Shown: one piece after another, positions 27,706 to 36,284 of the stretch | Numbering within the stretch: position 1 is the first letter of the stretch | Layout of the letters: the number at the start of each line of letters is the position of its first letter | Assembly (NCBI GenBank): GCA_049967655.1 | Contig: JBMFSH010000021.1 | Coordinates: forward strand, 1 to 45,795 | DNA from: Acidobacteriota bacterium | Lineage (GTDB): Bacteria > Acidobacteriota > UBA4820 > DSQY01 | DNA: 45,795 nt | Direction of reading: 5' to 3' | Made by a program: the position numbers and the translations under genes | Notes under the pieces: generated by a model | The model's input: the letters and a program-made list of their open reading frames with translations, nothing else | Told to the model about the DNA's origin: nothing | Database searches by the model: none

Positions 27706-28845
27706 ATGAGCTTCCAGGGCGATTTCGCCACCATGCCCCTGCCCGACCTCCTCCAGTGGCTGGCCATCGGTCAGAAGACAGGGATCCTGCTGCTCCAGCG
27801 AGGTGAGATCGTGAAGGAGATCTACTTTCGTGACGGCAAGATCGTGGCCTCGGCGAGCAACGATCCCCGGGAGTACTTTGGGCAGCTCCTCCTCTCCTAC
27901 GGCAAGATTCGAGAAGAGGACCTCACGCGGGCCTTCGTCAAGCAGGGGCAGACGGGCACCAAGCTCGGGCGCATCCTCGTGCAGGATGGCCTCCTGGAGG
28001 AGGAGGAGGTCCAGCGCTTCTTGCGGATCAAGGCGGAGGAGACCATTTACGACCTCTTCCTGTGGGAGGGAGGGGAATTCAAGTTCTACAACGACGCCCC
28101 GGCCCAGGAGAGCCACGTCCCCATCGAGATGGACGTGACCTCCGTGCTGATGGAGGGCACCCGGCGCTCCGACGAGTGGAAGAGGATCCGGCGCATCTTC
28201 CCCACCTCGGAGGCGGTCATCCGCATCATTCCGGAGGCCCTCACCCGGGCCATTCTGGCGGACCCGCTCTACAACCGGGTCATCCAGCTGATGGAGGTCC
28301 CGCGGAGGATATCGGACCTCTGCCTCATGTTCCACGCCTCCGACTTCGCGGTGAGCAAGACGCTCTTCGACATGGTCCAGATGGGCATCATCGAGGTGAC
28401 CGAAGTGCCCCCGCCTCCACCGCGCTCGGAGGTCCGGGTTGAGGAGGAGGTCCGGAGCCTCGCCAACCAGGGTCTCAAGCTCTTCAATTCGGGCCGGTAC
28501 GAGGAGTCCATCGAGATCTTCAAGCAGGTCCTGCTCCAATCCCCGGGCCACGCCCTGGCGCAGACCATGATTCCCAAGGCCTACAAGGAGATGAAGGAAC
28601 AGCTCGTCTCGGATACCTTCACGATCGAGCACGTTCCCTTCCTCCAGCGTTCCATGAGTGAACTGAACGAGCTCTCCTTCACGCCGCAGGAGAACTACAT
28701 CCTGAGCCGCATCAACGGGGTGAGCTCGGTCCAGGCCATCATCCGCATCTCGCCCATCCAGGAAATCCAGGCCCTCATGACCTTCAAGAAGCTGGCGAAG
28801 GCTGGGCTGGTCGGATTTCTGCCGCCCGCCAACCCCCAAATGTAA
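27706..28845 (+). CDS. DUF4388 (PatA_N) protein with MshEN-like insert and TPR
   Basis: FQGDFATMPLPDLLQWL..KTG, LFLWEGGEFKF, LMEGTRRSDEW; TPR GLKLFNSGRYEESIEIFKQVL; C-terminal LSRING. Confidence 0.82.
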   Translation: MSFQGDFATMPLPDLLQWLAIGQKTGILLLQRGEIVKEIYFRDGKIVASASNDPREYFGQLLLSYGKIREEDLTRAFVKQGQTGTKLGRILVQDGLLEEEEVQRFLRIKAEETIYDLFLWEGGEFKFYNDAPAQESHVPIEMDVTSVLMEGTRRSDEWKRIRRIFPTSEAVIRIIPEALTRAILADPLYNRVIQLMEVPRRISDLCLMFHASDFAVSKTLFDMVQMGIIEVTEVPPPPPRSEVRVEEEVRSLANQGLKLFNSGRYEESIEIFKQVLLQSPGHALAQTMIPKAYKEMKEQLVSDTFTIEHVPFLQRSMSELNELSFTPQENYILSRINGVSSVQAIIRISPIQEIQALMTFKKLAKAGLVGFLPPANPQM

Positions 28846-28968
28846 GCAGTCGCTCACTGGCGCTGGCGGTCGCTCGCGCAGGAATCCACCCAACGGAAGC
28901 CAAGTAGCGCTTTGGCTCCACGCCTGGATGGATTCCCAGCAACGGCCACGGATGAGCATTCAAATACA

Positions 28969-28997
28969 TTGACAGGGAGCTGCGGGGACCTTATGCT
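28969..28997 (+). promoter_or_regulatory. sigma70 promoter of the FadF-like gene
   Basis: TTGACA, 17 nt spacer, TATGCT. Confidence 0.75.
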
Positions 28998-29043
28998 ACC
29001 CGGTAGTCGCGCGCGGGGCGCGTTTGAGGGGGAGGATCAACCC

Positions 29044-31083
29044 ATGCACCCAGTGGAAACCTGGCTCTTTTGGGCGTTCGTCATCGCATCACTGGCGCTC
29101 TTCGCCAACACGGCGCGGGTTCGGATCGGCGCCCTCATGGCCGGGCTCCCGGACAACCGCTTCGACAGGCCCTGGGAGAGGCTGAAGGGCCTCATCCTCT
29201 ATGCCTTCGTCCAGAAGCGCATGGTGCGCGACCGGTACGCCGGGTTCTTCCACCTCCTCATCTTCTGGGGATTCATGGTCCTGGCCCTGCGGTCGCTGTC
29301 GCTGGTGGCCGAAGGTCTCTTCCCCTCCTTCCACCTGACCGAGATGATGGGCGTCTGGGGCCTGGGCTACCAGGTCACCAAGGACATCTTCGAAGTGCTG
29401 GTAATCCTGGGGATCCTCCTGGCCTCCGCCCGGCGTCTTTTTTTCCCTCCCGACCGGCTGGAAAACTCGTGGGATGCCTGGGCCACTCTCTCGCTCATCG
29501 GCGGCCTCATGGTGACGGACCTGCTGGCCGACGGCGCTTTCATCGCGCTGCACAACCCCGCCTGGGCGGCCTGGTCCCCCGTAGGCGAATTCATAGCCAC
29601 CCTTCTCGGAGGAATGGGGAGTTCATCGCTCTCGCTGCTCTATCACACCATGTGGTGGTTCCACCTGATGATCCTCTTCGGCTTTTTGAACTTCCTCCCC
29701 TACTCCAAGCACTTCCACGTCCTGACCGCCCTCTTCAACGTCTACTTCCGCGAGCTCGAACCGAACAAGAACATTAAACCCATGAACCTCGAGGCCGAGC
29801 ACTTCGGCGTGAACAAGATCCAGGACTTTACCTGGAAGCAGATGCTGGATTTCTACACCTGCACCGAATGCGGTCGCTGCACCGAGGTATGTCCCACCAC
29901 GCTCACGGGCAAACCCCTCCGCCCCAAGAATTACGGCAACGACCTGCGGGACTACTTGTACGACACGCCCCTGGCGGACATGGCCCAGGACAAGGGCGTA
30001 CCGGAAAACCGCCTCCTCATCGGCGGGCCGGTGCCCGAGGGCTCCGTTTGGCAGCGGAAGGAGGAGCACCCGCCCTGGACCCTGGAGAACCTGGGGGGCT
30101 GCATCAGCGAAGACACGATCTGGGCCTGTACCACCTGCGGCTATTGCGAACACGCCTGTCCGCTCCACATCACCTTCGTGGACAAGCTCGTGGGCATGCG
30201 ACGCTACCTCACCCTGGAGGAGAGCAACTTCCCGGCGGAGGCCCAGGTGGGCTTCAAGGGCATGGAGCGCCAGGGCAACCCGTGGAACATGGCCCAGGCT
30301 GATAGGGCGAAGTGGGCCGAAGGGCTGGATATTCCGATGATGGCTGAAGAGCCGGACGCCGAATACCTGTTCTGGGTGGGATGCGCCGGCTCTTACGAGG
30401 ATCGCGGCAAGAAGGTCTCCGTGGCCCTGGTGAAGCTCCTGCGGGCGGCGGGAGTCAAGTTCGCCATCCTGGGCGAGGAGGAGACCTGCACGGGCGACTC
30501 GGCCCGGCGGCTGGGCAACGAGTACCTCTTCCAGACCCTGGCCGAGACCAACATCGAGACCCTCAACGGATACAAGGTCAAGAAGATCGTCACCAACTGC
30601 CCCCACTGCCTGAACACCCTCAAGAACGAGTACCCCTCGTTCGGCGGCCACTACGAGGTGGTCCACGGAACGGAGCTGGTGGCCCGCCTGGTGGCGGAGG
30701 GGCGCCTGAAGCTCACCCGAGAGGTGCGCGAGAGCCTGACCTACCACGACCCCTGTTACCTCGGCCGGTACAACGACCAGGTCGAGGCCCCCAGGGCCAT
30801 TCTGAAGGCCATTCCCGGCCTGAGCCTCACGGAGATGGACCACAGCGGGAAGAACGCCATGTGCTGCGGAGCCGGCGGCGGCAGGATGTGGCTGGAGGAG
30901 AAGCTCGGGAAACGGGTCAACCACCTGCGCCTGGAGCAGGCTATCGAAACCAAAGCGCAGGGCGTGGCCGTCGCCTGCCCCTTCTGCAACGTCATGATGA
31001 ACAACGCCGCCGGCGAGACCGGGCACGAGGAGTTCGCCACCCACGACGTCCTCGAACTGGCGGCCCAGGCTCTGCCCAACTGA
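29044..31083 (+). CDS. Membrane-anchored Fe-S oxidoreductase, FadF/heterodisulfide reductase-like
   Basis: N-terminal TM domain with conserved His; CTECGRCTEVCP and CTTCGYCEHACP ferredoxin motifs; two CCG-type domains (ETCTG, YHDPC, MCCG). Confidence 0.9.
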   Translation: MHPVETWLFWAFVIASLALFANTARVRIGALMAGLPDNRFDRPWERLKGLILYAFVQKRMVRDRYAGFFHLLIFWGFMVLALRSLSLVAEGLFPSFHLTEMMGVWGLGYQVTKDIFEVLVILGILLASARRLFFPPDRLENSWDAWATLSLIGGLMVTDLLADGAFIALHNPAWAAWSPVGEFIATLLGGMGSSSLSLLYHTMWWFHLMILFGFLNFLPYSKHFHVLTALFNVYFRELEPNKNIKPMNLEAEHFGVNKIQDFTWKQMLDFYTCTECGRCTEVCPTTLTGKPLRPKNYGNDLRDYLYDTPLADMAQDKGVPENRLLIGGPVPEGSVWQRKEEHPPWTLENLGGCISEDTIWACTTCGYCEHACPLHITFVDKLVGMRRYLTLEESNFPAEAQVGFKGMERQGNPWNMAQADRAKWAEGLDIPMMAEEPDAEYLFWVGCAGSYEDRGKKVSVALVKLLRAAGVKFAILGEEETCTGDSARRLGNEYLFQTLAETNIETLNGYKVKKIVTNCPHCLNTLKNEYPSFGGHYEVVHGTELVARLVAEGRLKLTREVRESLTYHDPCYLGRYNDQVEAPRAILKAIPGLSLTEMDHSGKNAMCCGAGGGRMWLEEKLGKRVNHLRLEQAIETKAQGVAVACPFCNVMMNNAAGETGHEEFATHDVLELAAQALPN

Positions 31084-31335
31084 GGCGGCGCGGCGAAGAG
31101 CCTCTCTTCAGGCTGACCCGCCCGGGCTGGTCAGCCCAGGGACCGTGCCCCCAATTGATGAAGGGGCGTTTCGGCGCTCCCAAGTCGCCCACACCCTTGC
31201 AGGGCCAGGAGCTCAGTGGTGCCAGAAACCCCGAAGTGACGGGCGCCCTCATCGCCGGAGGACGCTCCCGGAAAGGAGTGGCACACGCTCATGACGGGTG
31301 AGGCCCGATCCGCAAAAGCTCCCAGCCGCGCCGCC
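31084..31335. other. Putative structured intergenic element (ncRNA or MITE-like)
   Basis: Perfect 11-bp terminal inverted repeat GGCGGCGCGGC/GCCGCGCCGCC enclosing several nested stems. Confidence 0.4.
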
Positions 31336-31359
31336 GGGCCCGATCCCGTTCGCTCCCGT

Positions 31360-33090
31360 TCAACCCCGGCCGCGTTCTGGCCCGGGCCGGTAGGAGGCGA
31401 AGTGGGGAGTCCACTGGGCCTTGGCCACCAGGTGCTCCAGTTGCTCATCGTCCACCAGGCGCCCGAGGCCCGAGTCCCTCGCCTCCCGGGCCACAGCCAC
31501 GGCGACCCGGCGCGAAACGGCCCGGATGTCCGCCATGGGCGGCAAGAGCAGGCCCGCCTCCCTCTGCTCCGGCGTGACCATGTCGCTCAGGGCCTTGCTG
31601 GCGGCTAGGAACATGGCGTCCGTAACCTTGGCGGCGTGGCCTACCAGGGCGCCGAGGCCCATGCCGGGAAACATGTAGAGGTTGTTGCACTGGGAGGTCA
31701 TGATCTGATGGCCGTCCCAGTCCAGGGGCTTGAAGGGGCTTCCCGTAGCAAGCAGTCCCTTTCCGCCCGTGGCCTTGGCCACCTCCTCGGGGGTGCACTC
31801 GGTCTTGGCCGTCGGGTTGGAAAGGGCGAGGATCACGGGGCGGTCCGTGTTCTTGGCCACCTGCCTCAGGATGGAATCGCTGAAAAGGCCTCGCTTGGCG
31901 GTGACACCGATCAGCACGGTGGGATGGGCATTGCGGACCACATCCTCAAGGCCGACCCGGTCGGACGATTCCAGCGTCCAGCCTTCTATGGCGCTCCGGG
32001 GCTGGGCGAAGGGGCGCTGCGGATCCTCCAGCTTGGGGTCGTCCTCCATCAGGAGCCCCTGCACGTCCACCGCGAAGATTCTCGCCTGGATCTCCTTTTC
32101 GGGCAGCCCCTCCTCCCGAAGCGCCGTGCGGATGTTCATGGCGTTGCCGACCCCGGCCTGGCCCATGCCCACGATGAGGAAGCGCTGGTCCGAAAACCGG
32201 CTGCCCTTGATCCGCATGGCGGTGATGAGGGCCCCCAAGGCCGTGGCGCCCGTCCCCTGGATGTCGTCGTTGAAGGAGAGGATCCGTTCGCGATAGCGCT
32301 CCAGGTTCTTGAAGGCGGTGTGCTTGGCGAAGTCCTCCCACTGCAGGAGGGCGTCGGGGAAGTTGCGGCGGACGCCCAACACGAATTTTTCCACTATCTC
32401 TTCGTAGGCGGAGCCCGTGAGGCGCGGCTTGCGGTAGCCGAGGTAGAGCGGATCCTTCAGCAGCCGTTCGTTGTTGGTACCCACATCCAGGCAGATCGGA
32501 AGGCAGACCGAGGGATGGAGCCCCCCCGCCGCGACGTAGAGGCTCACCTTCCCCACCGGAATGCCCATGCCGTCCGAACCCAGGTCGCCGAGCCCCAGAA
32601 TCCGCTCCCCGTCCGTCACGACGATAAGGTAGACGTGGGGAAGGGCGATGTTCCGGAAGATCTGGTCGATGTCGGCGATGTTGTCGGGATCGATGTAGAG
32701 CCCCCTGAAGCGCCGCACGATGTGGCTCATCTGAAGGCACGCCTGCCCCACCGTGGGGGTGTAGACGATGGGCACCATCTCCTCCAGGTTCTCCACCAGC
32801 AGCTTGTAGAAGAGGGGCTCGCTCCTGTCCTGCATCCCGATGAGGAAGATGTAGCGCTCCAGATCGTCGGGCTTCCGCTTGAAGGCCTCGAGGCTCCGCT
32901 GAACCTGGCTTTCGAGCGTGGAGACGCCGCTGCGAAGGAGGCCCGTGAGCCCCAGGCTCATGCGCTCTTCGGGAGTGAAAGCAGAGGCCTTATTGAGATG
33001 GGGATCGTTGAGCAGTTGGCGTCCGCGGAGATAAACCTCGTAGTACTCTTCGCCCGTGAGAGGGTCTATTTTGAATTCGAACGTTTTCAT
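31360..33090 (-). CDS. maeA: NAD-dependent malic enzyme (MaeA/SfcA type)
   Basis: PIVYTPTVG, VTDGERILGLGDLG, QWEDFA, FNDDIQGT, ALSNPT, QCNN..FPG. ATG 33090 follows a GGAGG SD. Confidence 0.95.
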   Translation of the reverse strand: MKTFEFKIDPLTGEEYYEVYLRGRQLLNDPHLNKASAFTPEERMSLGLTGLLRSGVSTLESQVQRSLEAFKRKPDDLERYIFLIGMQDRSEPLFYKLLVENLEEMVPIVYTPTVGQACLQMSHIVRRFRGLYIDPDNIADIDQIFRNIALPHVYLIVVTDGERILGLGDLGSDGMGIPVGKVSLYVAAGGLHPSVCLPICLDVGTNNERLLKDPLYLGYRKPRLTGSAYEEIVEKFVLGVRRNFPDALLQWEDFAKHTAFKNLERYRERILSFNDDIQGTGATALGALITAMRIKGSRFSDQRFLIVGMGQAGVGNAMNIRTALREEGLPEKEIQARIFAVDVQGLLMEDDPKLEDPQRPFAQPRSAIEGWTLESSDRVGLEDVVRNAHPTVLIGVTAKRGLFSDSILRQVAKNTDRPVILALSNPTAKTECTPEEVAKATGGKGLLATGSPFKPLDWDGHQIMTSQCNNLYMFPGMGLGALVGHAAKVTDAMFLAASKALSDMVTPEQREAGLLLPPMADIRAVSRRVAVAVAREARDSGLGRLVDDEQLEHLVAKAQWTPHFASYRPGPERGRG

Positions 33091-33308
33091 GAGGGGGGCC
33101 TCCTCCCTAGCAGGGTTGGTAGTATAGAACCAAATCTGGCCTGTGGGGTGAAAATGGCCCCACCCCTCGCTCACATCCTTGTGGAAGTTGCCCCAGCGGG
33201 TACCGGAGAGGGACTGGCCATGGGCGGAACGAGGCCGCGCTGGAATGGCAGAGGCCCCTTGCTGTTATTCTCTCCTATAGGGCGCAGAGAGCGCCATAGG
33301 AGGGGAGC

Positions 33309-33896
33309 ATGCGAGCGGAACCTTTGCTAGGACTGGCCCTGCTTGGACTCGTCGCCCTTTCAGGCCCATGGGCGAGCACTCCCGCTGGAGCGAAGGAGAG
33401 CAAGATGGCGTACCCACCCATCGTGGTCGGTGAGAAGGCCCCCGATTTCACGGCCCCAGCCAGCACCGGAGGCACCATCAGTCTGCACGACTTCGCGGGC
33501 AGGATCGTGGTCCTCTACATCTACCCCAAGGACGAGACCCCTTACTGCACGCGCGAAGCCTGTTCCTTCAGAGACACGGACGCGGCCTTGCGGAAGCTGG
33601 GCGCCGTGGTCATCGGGGTCAGCAAGGATTCCATGGCCTCCCACGACGAGTTCATCCGGAAGCACCACCTGAACTTCACGCTCGTCTCCGATCCCGAGGG
33701 CAAGATCATCAGCCGCTACGGCGCGTGGAAGGCCCACAGCCTCTTCGGGAAAACGGCGCTGGGCGTGAACCGCTCCACCTTTCTCATCGACGCCAACGGC
33801 ATCGTGCGCCACATCTGGCGGAACGTCACAGTGAAGGGGCACGACGAGCAGGTGCTCCAGGCCGTCAAGGCCCTGGCGGAGAAAGCCCCCTCTTGA
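33309..33896 (+). CDS. bcp: BCP/PrxQ peroxiredoxin with N-terminal signal-like extension
   Basis: YPKDETPYCTREACSFRD (PxxxTxxC plus resolving Cys), GVSKDS, RSTFLID. Confidence 0.9.
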   Translation: MRAEPLLGLALLGLVALSGPWASTPAGAKESKMAYPPIVVGEKAPDFTAPASTGGTISLHDFAGRIVVLYIYPKDETPYCTREACSFRDTDAALRKLGAVVIGVSKDSMASHDEFIRKHHLNFTLVSDPEGKIISRYGAWKAHSLFGKTALGVNRSTFLIDANGIVRHIWRNVTVKGHDEQVLQAVKALAEKAPS

Positions 33897-34800
33897 GGCC
33901 TCGATCCGAGCGGGCCAACGACCCGCCCGACGGCAGCCACAGGGCGAGCACCACGCCGGCCACCACGCACCCGGCCCCCAGGTAAAATCGCGCCCCCGGG
34001 ATTTCTCCGAAGAGGATGGCCGCCAGGATCGTGGAGACCACGGGCTCCACAAGGATGGACAGGTTCACCCGGTACGTTTCCATGTGGCGTATGGCGTAGT
34101 TCACCAGGGAGTGGCCCACCACCGAGGGCAGGAGGGCCAAGAGACCGAGCATGACCCACGTGCGGTCGTCGTACCCGGTGAACCGCTCCCCCGAACCCAG
34201 GACGAGCCCCCCCAGGACCACGGCCGAAACCCCGTAAACAGCCACCAAGTAGTGCGTGAGCGGCAGTTTGAGACGCAGGTGCCGCCCCACGGTGAGATAA
34301 CCGGCGACGGCAACCCCCGAGACCAGCGCCAGGCCGTCCCCCGCCAGGCCGGCCGGCCCGCGACCCAGGTCGCCCCAGGCGATGACGGCGACACCGGCCA
34401 TGGCCAGGACGATGGCGAGCAGCCCCCGCCCCGGCACGGGTTCGCTCAGGAAAAGGTAGCCTAGCAGTCCCGCCCACACGGGCTGCGCCGACATGAGGAT
34501 GAGCGAAGAGGCCACCGTCGTGAGCTGCACCGAGGCGATCCAGGTGGCGAAATGGACGGCCAGCAGGGCCCCGGCACCCAGCGTGTAGGGTAGGAGCCGC
34601 GCCTGAATCGCCGGTCTCCAGGGCTCCCTGCGCAGCCTTCCGAGGAGCACCGGCGTGAGGACGAGCGTGGCCAAGCCCATGCGCCAGAAGGCGATGACCG
34701 GGGCCGGGGCGCTGCAGTAGCGCACGAGGATGGCGGCGAAGGAGAGCGAGGCCAGGCCCACGGCCAGGATGCCCACCGTGCGCCGGTCGGTCCCCCTCAC
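33865..34800 (-). CDS. DMT/EamA family transporter
   Basis: About 10 hydrophobic segments; [40 protein letters not shown] 34800 overlaps the upstream stop; the 3' end overlaps bcp by 32 nt. Confidence 0.9.
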   Translation of the reverse strand: MRGTDRRTVGILAVGLASLSFAAILVRYCSAPAPVIAFWRMGLATLVLTPVLLGRLRREPWRPAIQARLLPYTLGAGALLAVHFATWIASVQLTTVASSLILMSAQPVWAGLLGYLFLSEPVPGRGLLAIVLAMAGVAVIAWGDLGRGPAGLAGDGLALVSGVAVAGYLTVGRHLRLKLPLTHYLVAVYGVSAVVLGGLVLGSGERFTGYDDRTWVMLGLLALLPSVVGHSLVNYAIRHMETYRVNLSILVEPVVSTILAAILFGEIPGARFYLGAGCVVAGVVLALWLPSGGSLARSDRGLKRGLSPPGP

Positions 34801-35018
34801 TGGCCCCCATCCTCCGGCCGCGAGGCGGCGGCCTCGCAATCCGTACACAGGCTCGGGCTTCCGGCGCGGCCTCCCTTGGCCCGATGCTCGGGACAGCAGA
34901 GCCGGCCGCAGCGGATGCAGATGGCGTCGAGACCGGGATCGAAGGGTTCCCCGCACAGGTCGCAGCGCCAAGGCTGAACATTTCCTTGCAAAGTCTTCTT
35001 GTCGCTCTGAAGGCCCAT
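34797..35018 (-). CDS. Small Cys/His-rich putative zinc-finger protein
   Basis: CDLC..CIRC..CCPEH..CTDC in 73 aa; GGAGG SD; GTGA overlap with the EamA gene. Confidence 0.7.
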   Translation of the reverse strand: MGLQSDKKTLQGNVQPWRCDLCGEPFDPGLDAICIRCGRLCCPEHRAKGGRAGSPSLCTDCEAAASRPEDGGQ

Positions 35019-35154
35019 GTGCCGCCTCCCCTCCGTCCGCCATCGTGCGGACGTTGGATGTTATCACGCCCCCGCATTTGCGTGAGCGATGCCCGGGGAC
35101 GGGAATGAACCCGAGTGCGAGCGTGTATGCTACTATCTTAAAGGGCGGACGCGC

Positions 35155-36264
35155 ATGAGCGAGAATGAAACGCCGGCTTCCATTCCGGCGGCTGAAGAAA
35201 AAACGAAAGAGCGCCCAGGGAAGCGCCCCAAGGCGGTGGTTCTCATGAGCGGCGGTCTGGACTCCACGCTGGCCGCCAGAATCCTCCAGGAGCAGGGCGT
35301 CGAGGTGGTGGGAGTCCACTTTTCCACAGGATTCTGCGTCTCCGACCACAAGCGGGCCACGGCCTCCGTGGAGGAGGACCCCAAAAAACTGAGGAACGAG
35401 GCTCTCCGCGCCGGAGCCGACCTGAAGATTCCCGTCCGGATGGTGGACCTCTCCGAAGATTATCTGGAGGTAGTCTTCAACCCCAAGCACGGCTACGGCG
35501 CCCACATGAACCCCTGCATCGACTGCCGGACCCACATGCTCATGAAGGCCAAGGCCATCATGGAGGAGGAGGGTGCGGACTTCGTGGCCACGGGCGAGGT
35601 GCTGGGCCAGCGGCCCATGAGCCAGAGGAAGGACCCCATGCGCGTGATCCAGCGAGAGTCCGGACTGGGCGACAGGCTCCTTCGCCCCCTGTCGGCGCAG
35701 CTCCTCGAGGCCACCGCGCCCGAGCGTCAAGGCTTGGTGGATCGGTCAAGGCTCCTGGCCATTCGCGGCCGGGGCCGACGGGTCCAGATGGACCTCATGG
35801 AGGCCCGAGGTATCACCGACTACCCCTCCCCGGCGGGGGGCTGCTGCTTCCTGACCGACGAGAACTACACCAGAAAGTTCCGTGACAAGATGACGCACAG
35901 GGGCAAGGAGCGCATGGGCTGGGAGGACGTGGCCCTCCTCAAGGTGGGAAGGCACTTCCGGATCTCGCCGACCCTGAAGCTGGTCCTCGGACGGAGGGAG
36001 GAGGAAAACCTCTTCCTCGAGCGCTTCACCGCTGGCCGCGTGCGGCTGGAGGCCGTTACCGCCAAGGGCCCCGTGGCCGTCACCGACGAGTCTCACCCAT
36101 CCGAAGCTGAGGAGGAGCTGTGTGCGGCCATCGTGGCCCGCTACTCCGATGCAAGGGAGCAGGAAACCGTGGAGGTTCGAGCCTCGGGCGGCGACCGCGA
36201 GGAGCGAATCCACCGGGTGGCCCCGCTCCTGGATGAGACCATCCTCGCCCCCATGCGTCTCTGA
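35155..36264 (+). CDS. ThiI/MnmA-like PP-loop tRNA thiolation enzyme with C-terminal DUF814/NFACT-R-like domain
   Basis: SGGLDS, NPCIDCR, TGEVLGQRPMSQ, LLRPLSA, AGGCCFLTD, GRHFR..LGR..EN. Confidence 0.8.
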   Translation: MSENETPASIPAAEEKTKERPGKRPKAVVLMSGGLDSTLAARILQEQGVEVVGVHFSTGFCVSDHKRATASVEEDPKKLRNEALRAGADLKIPVRMVDLSEDYLEVVFNPKHGYGAHMNPCIDCRTHMLMKAKAIMEEEGADFVATGEVLGQRPMSQRKDPMRVIQRESGLGDRLLRPLSAQLLEATAPERQGLVDRSRLLAIRGRGRRVQMDLMEARGITDYPSPAGGCCFLTDENYTRKFRDKMTHRGKERMGWEDVALLKVGRHFRISPTLKLVLGRREEENLFLERFTAGRVRLEAVTAKGPVAVTDESHPSEAEEELCAAIVARYSDAREQETVEVRASGGDREERIHRVAPLLDETILAPMRL

Positions 36265-36284
36265 CCACCACAAGGAGATTACCG

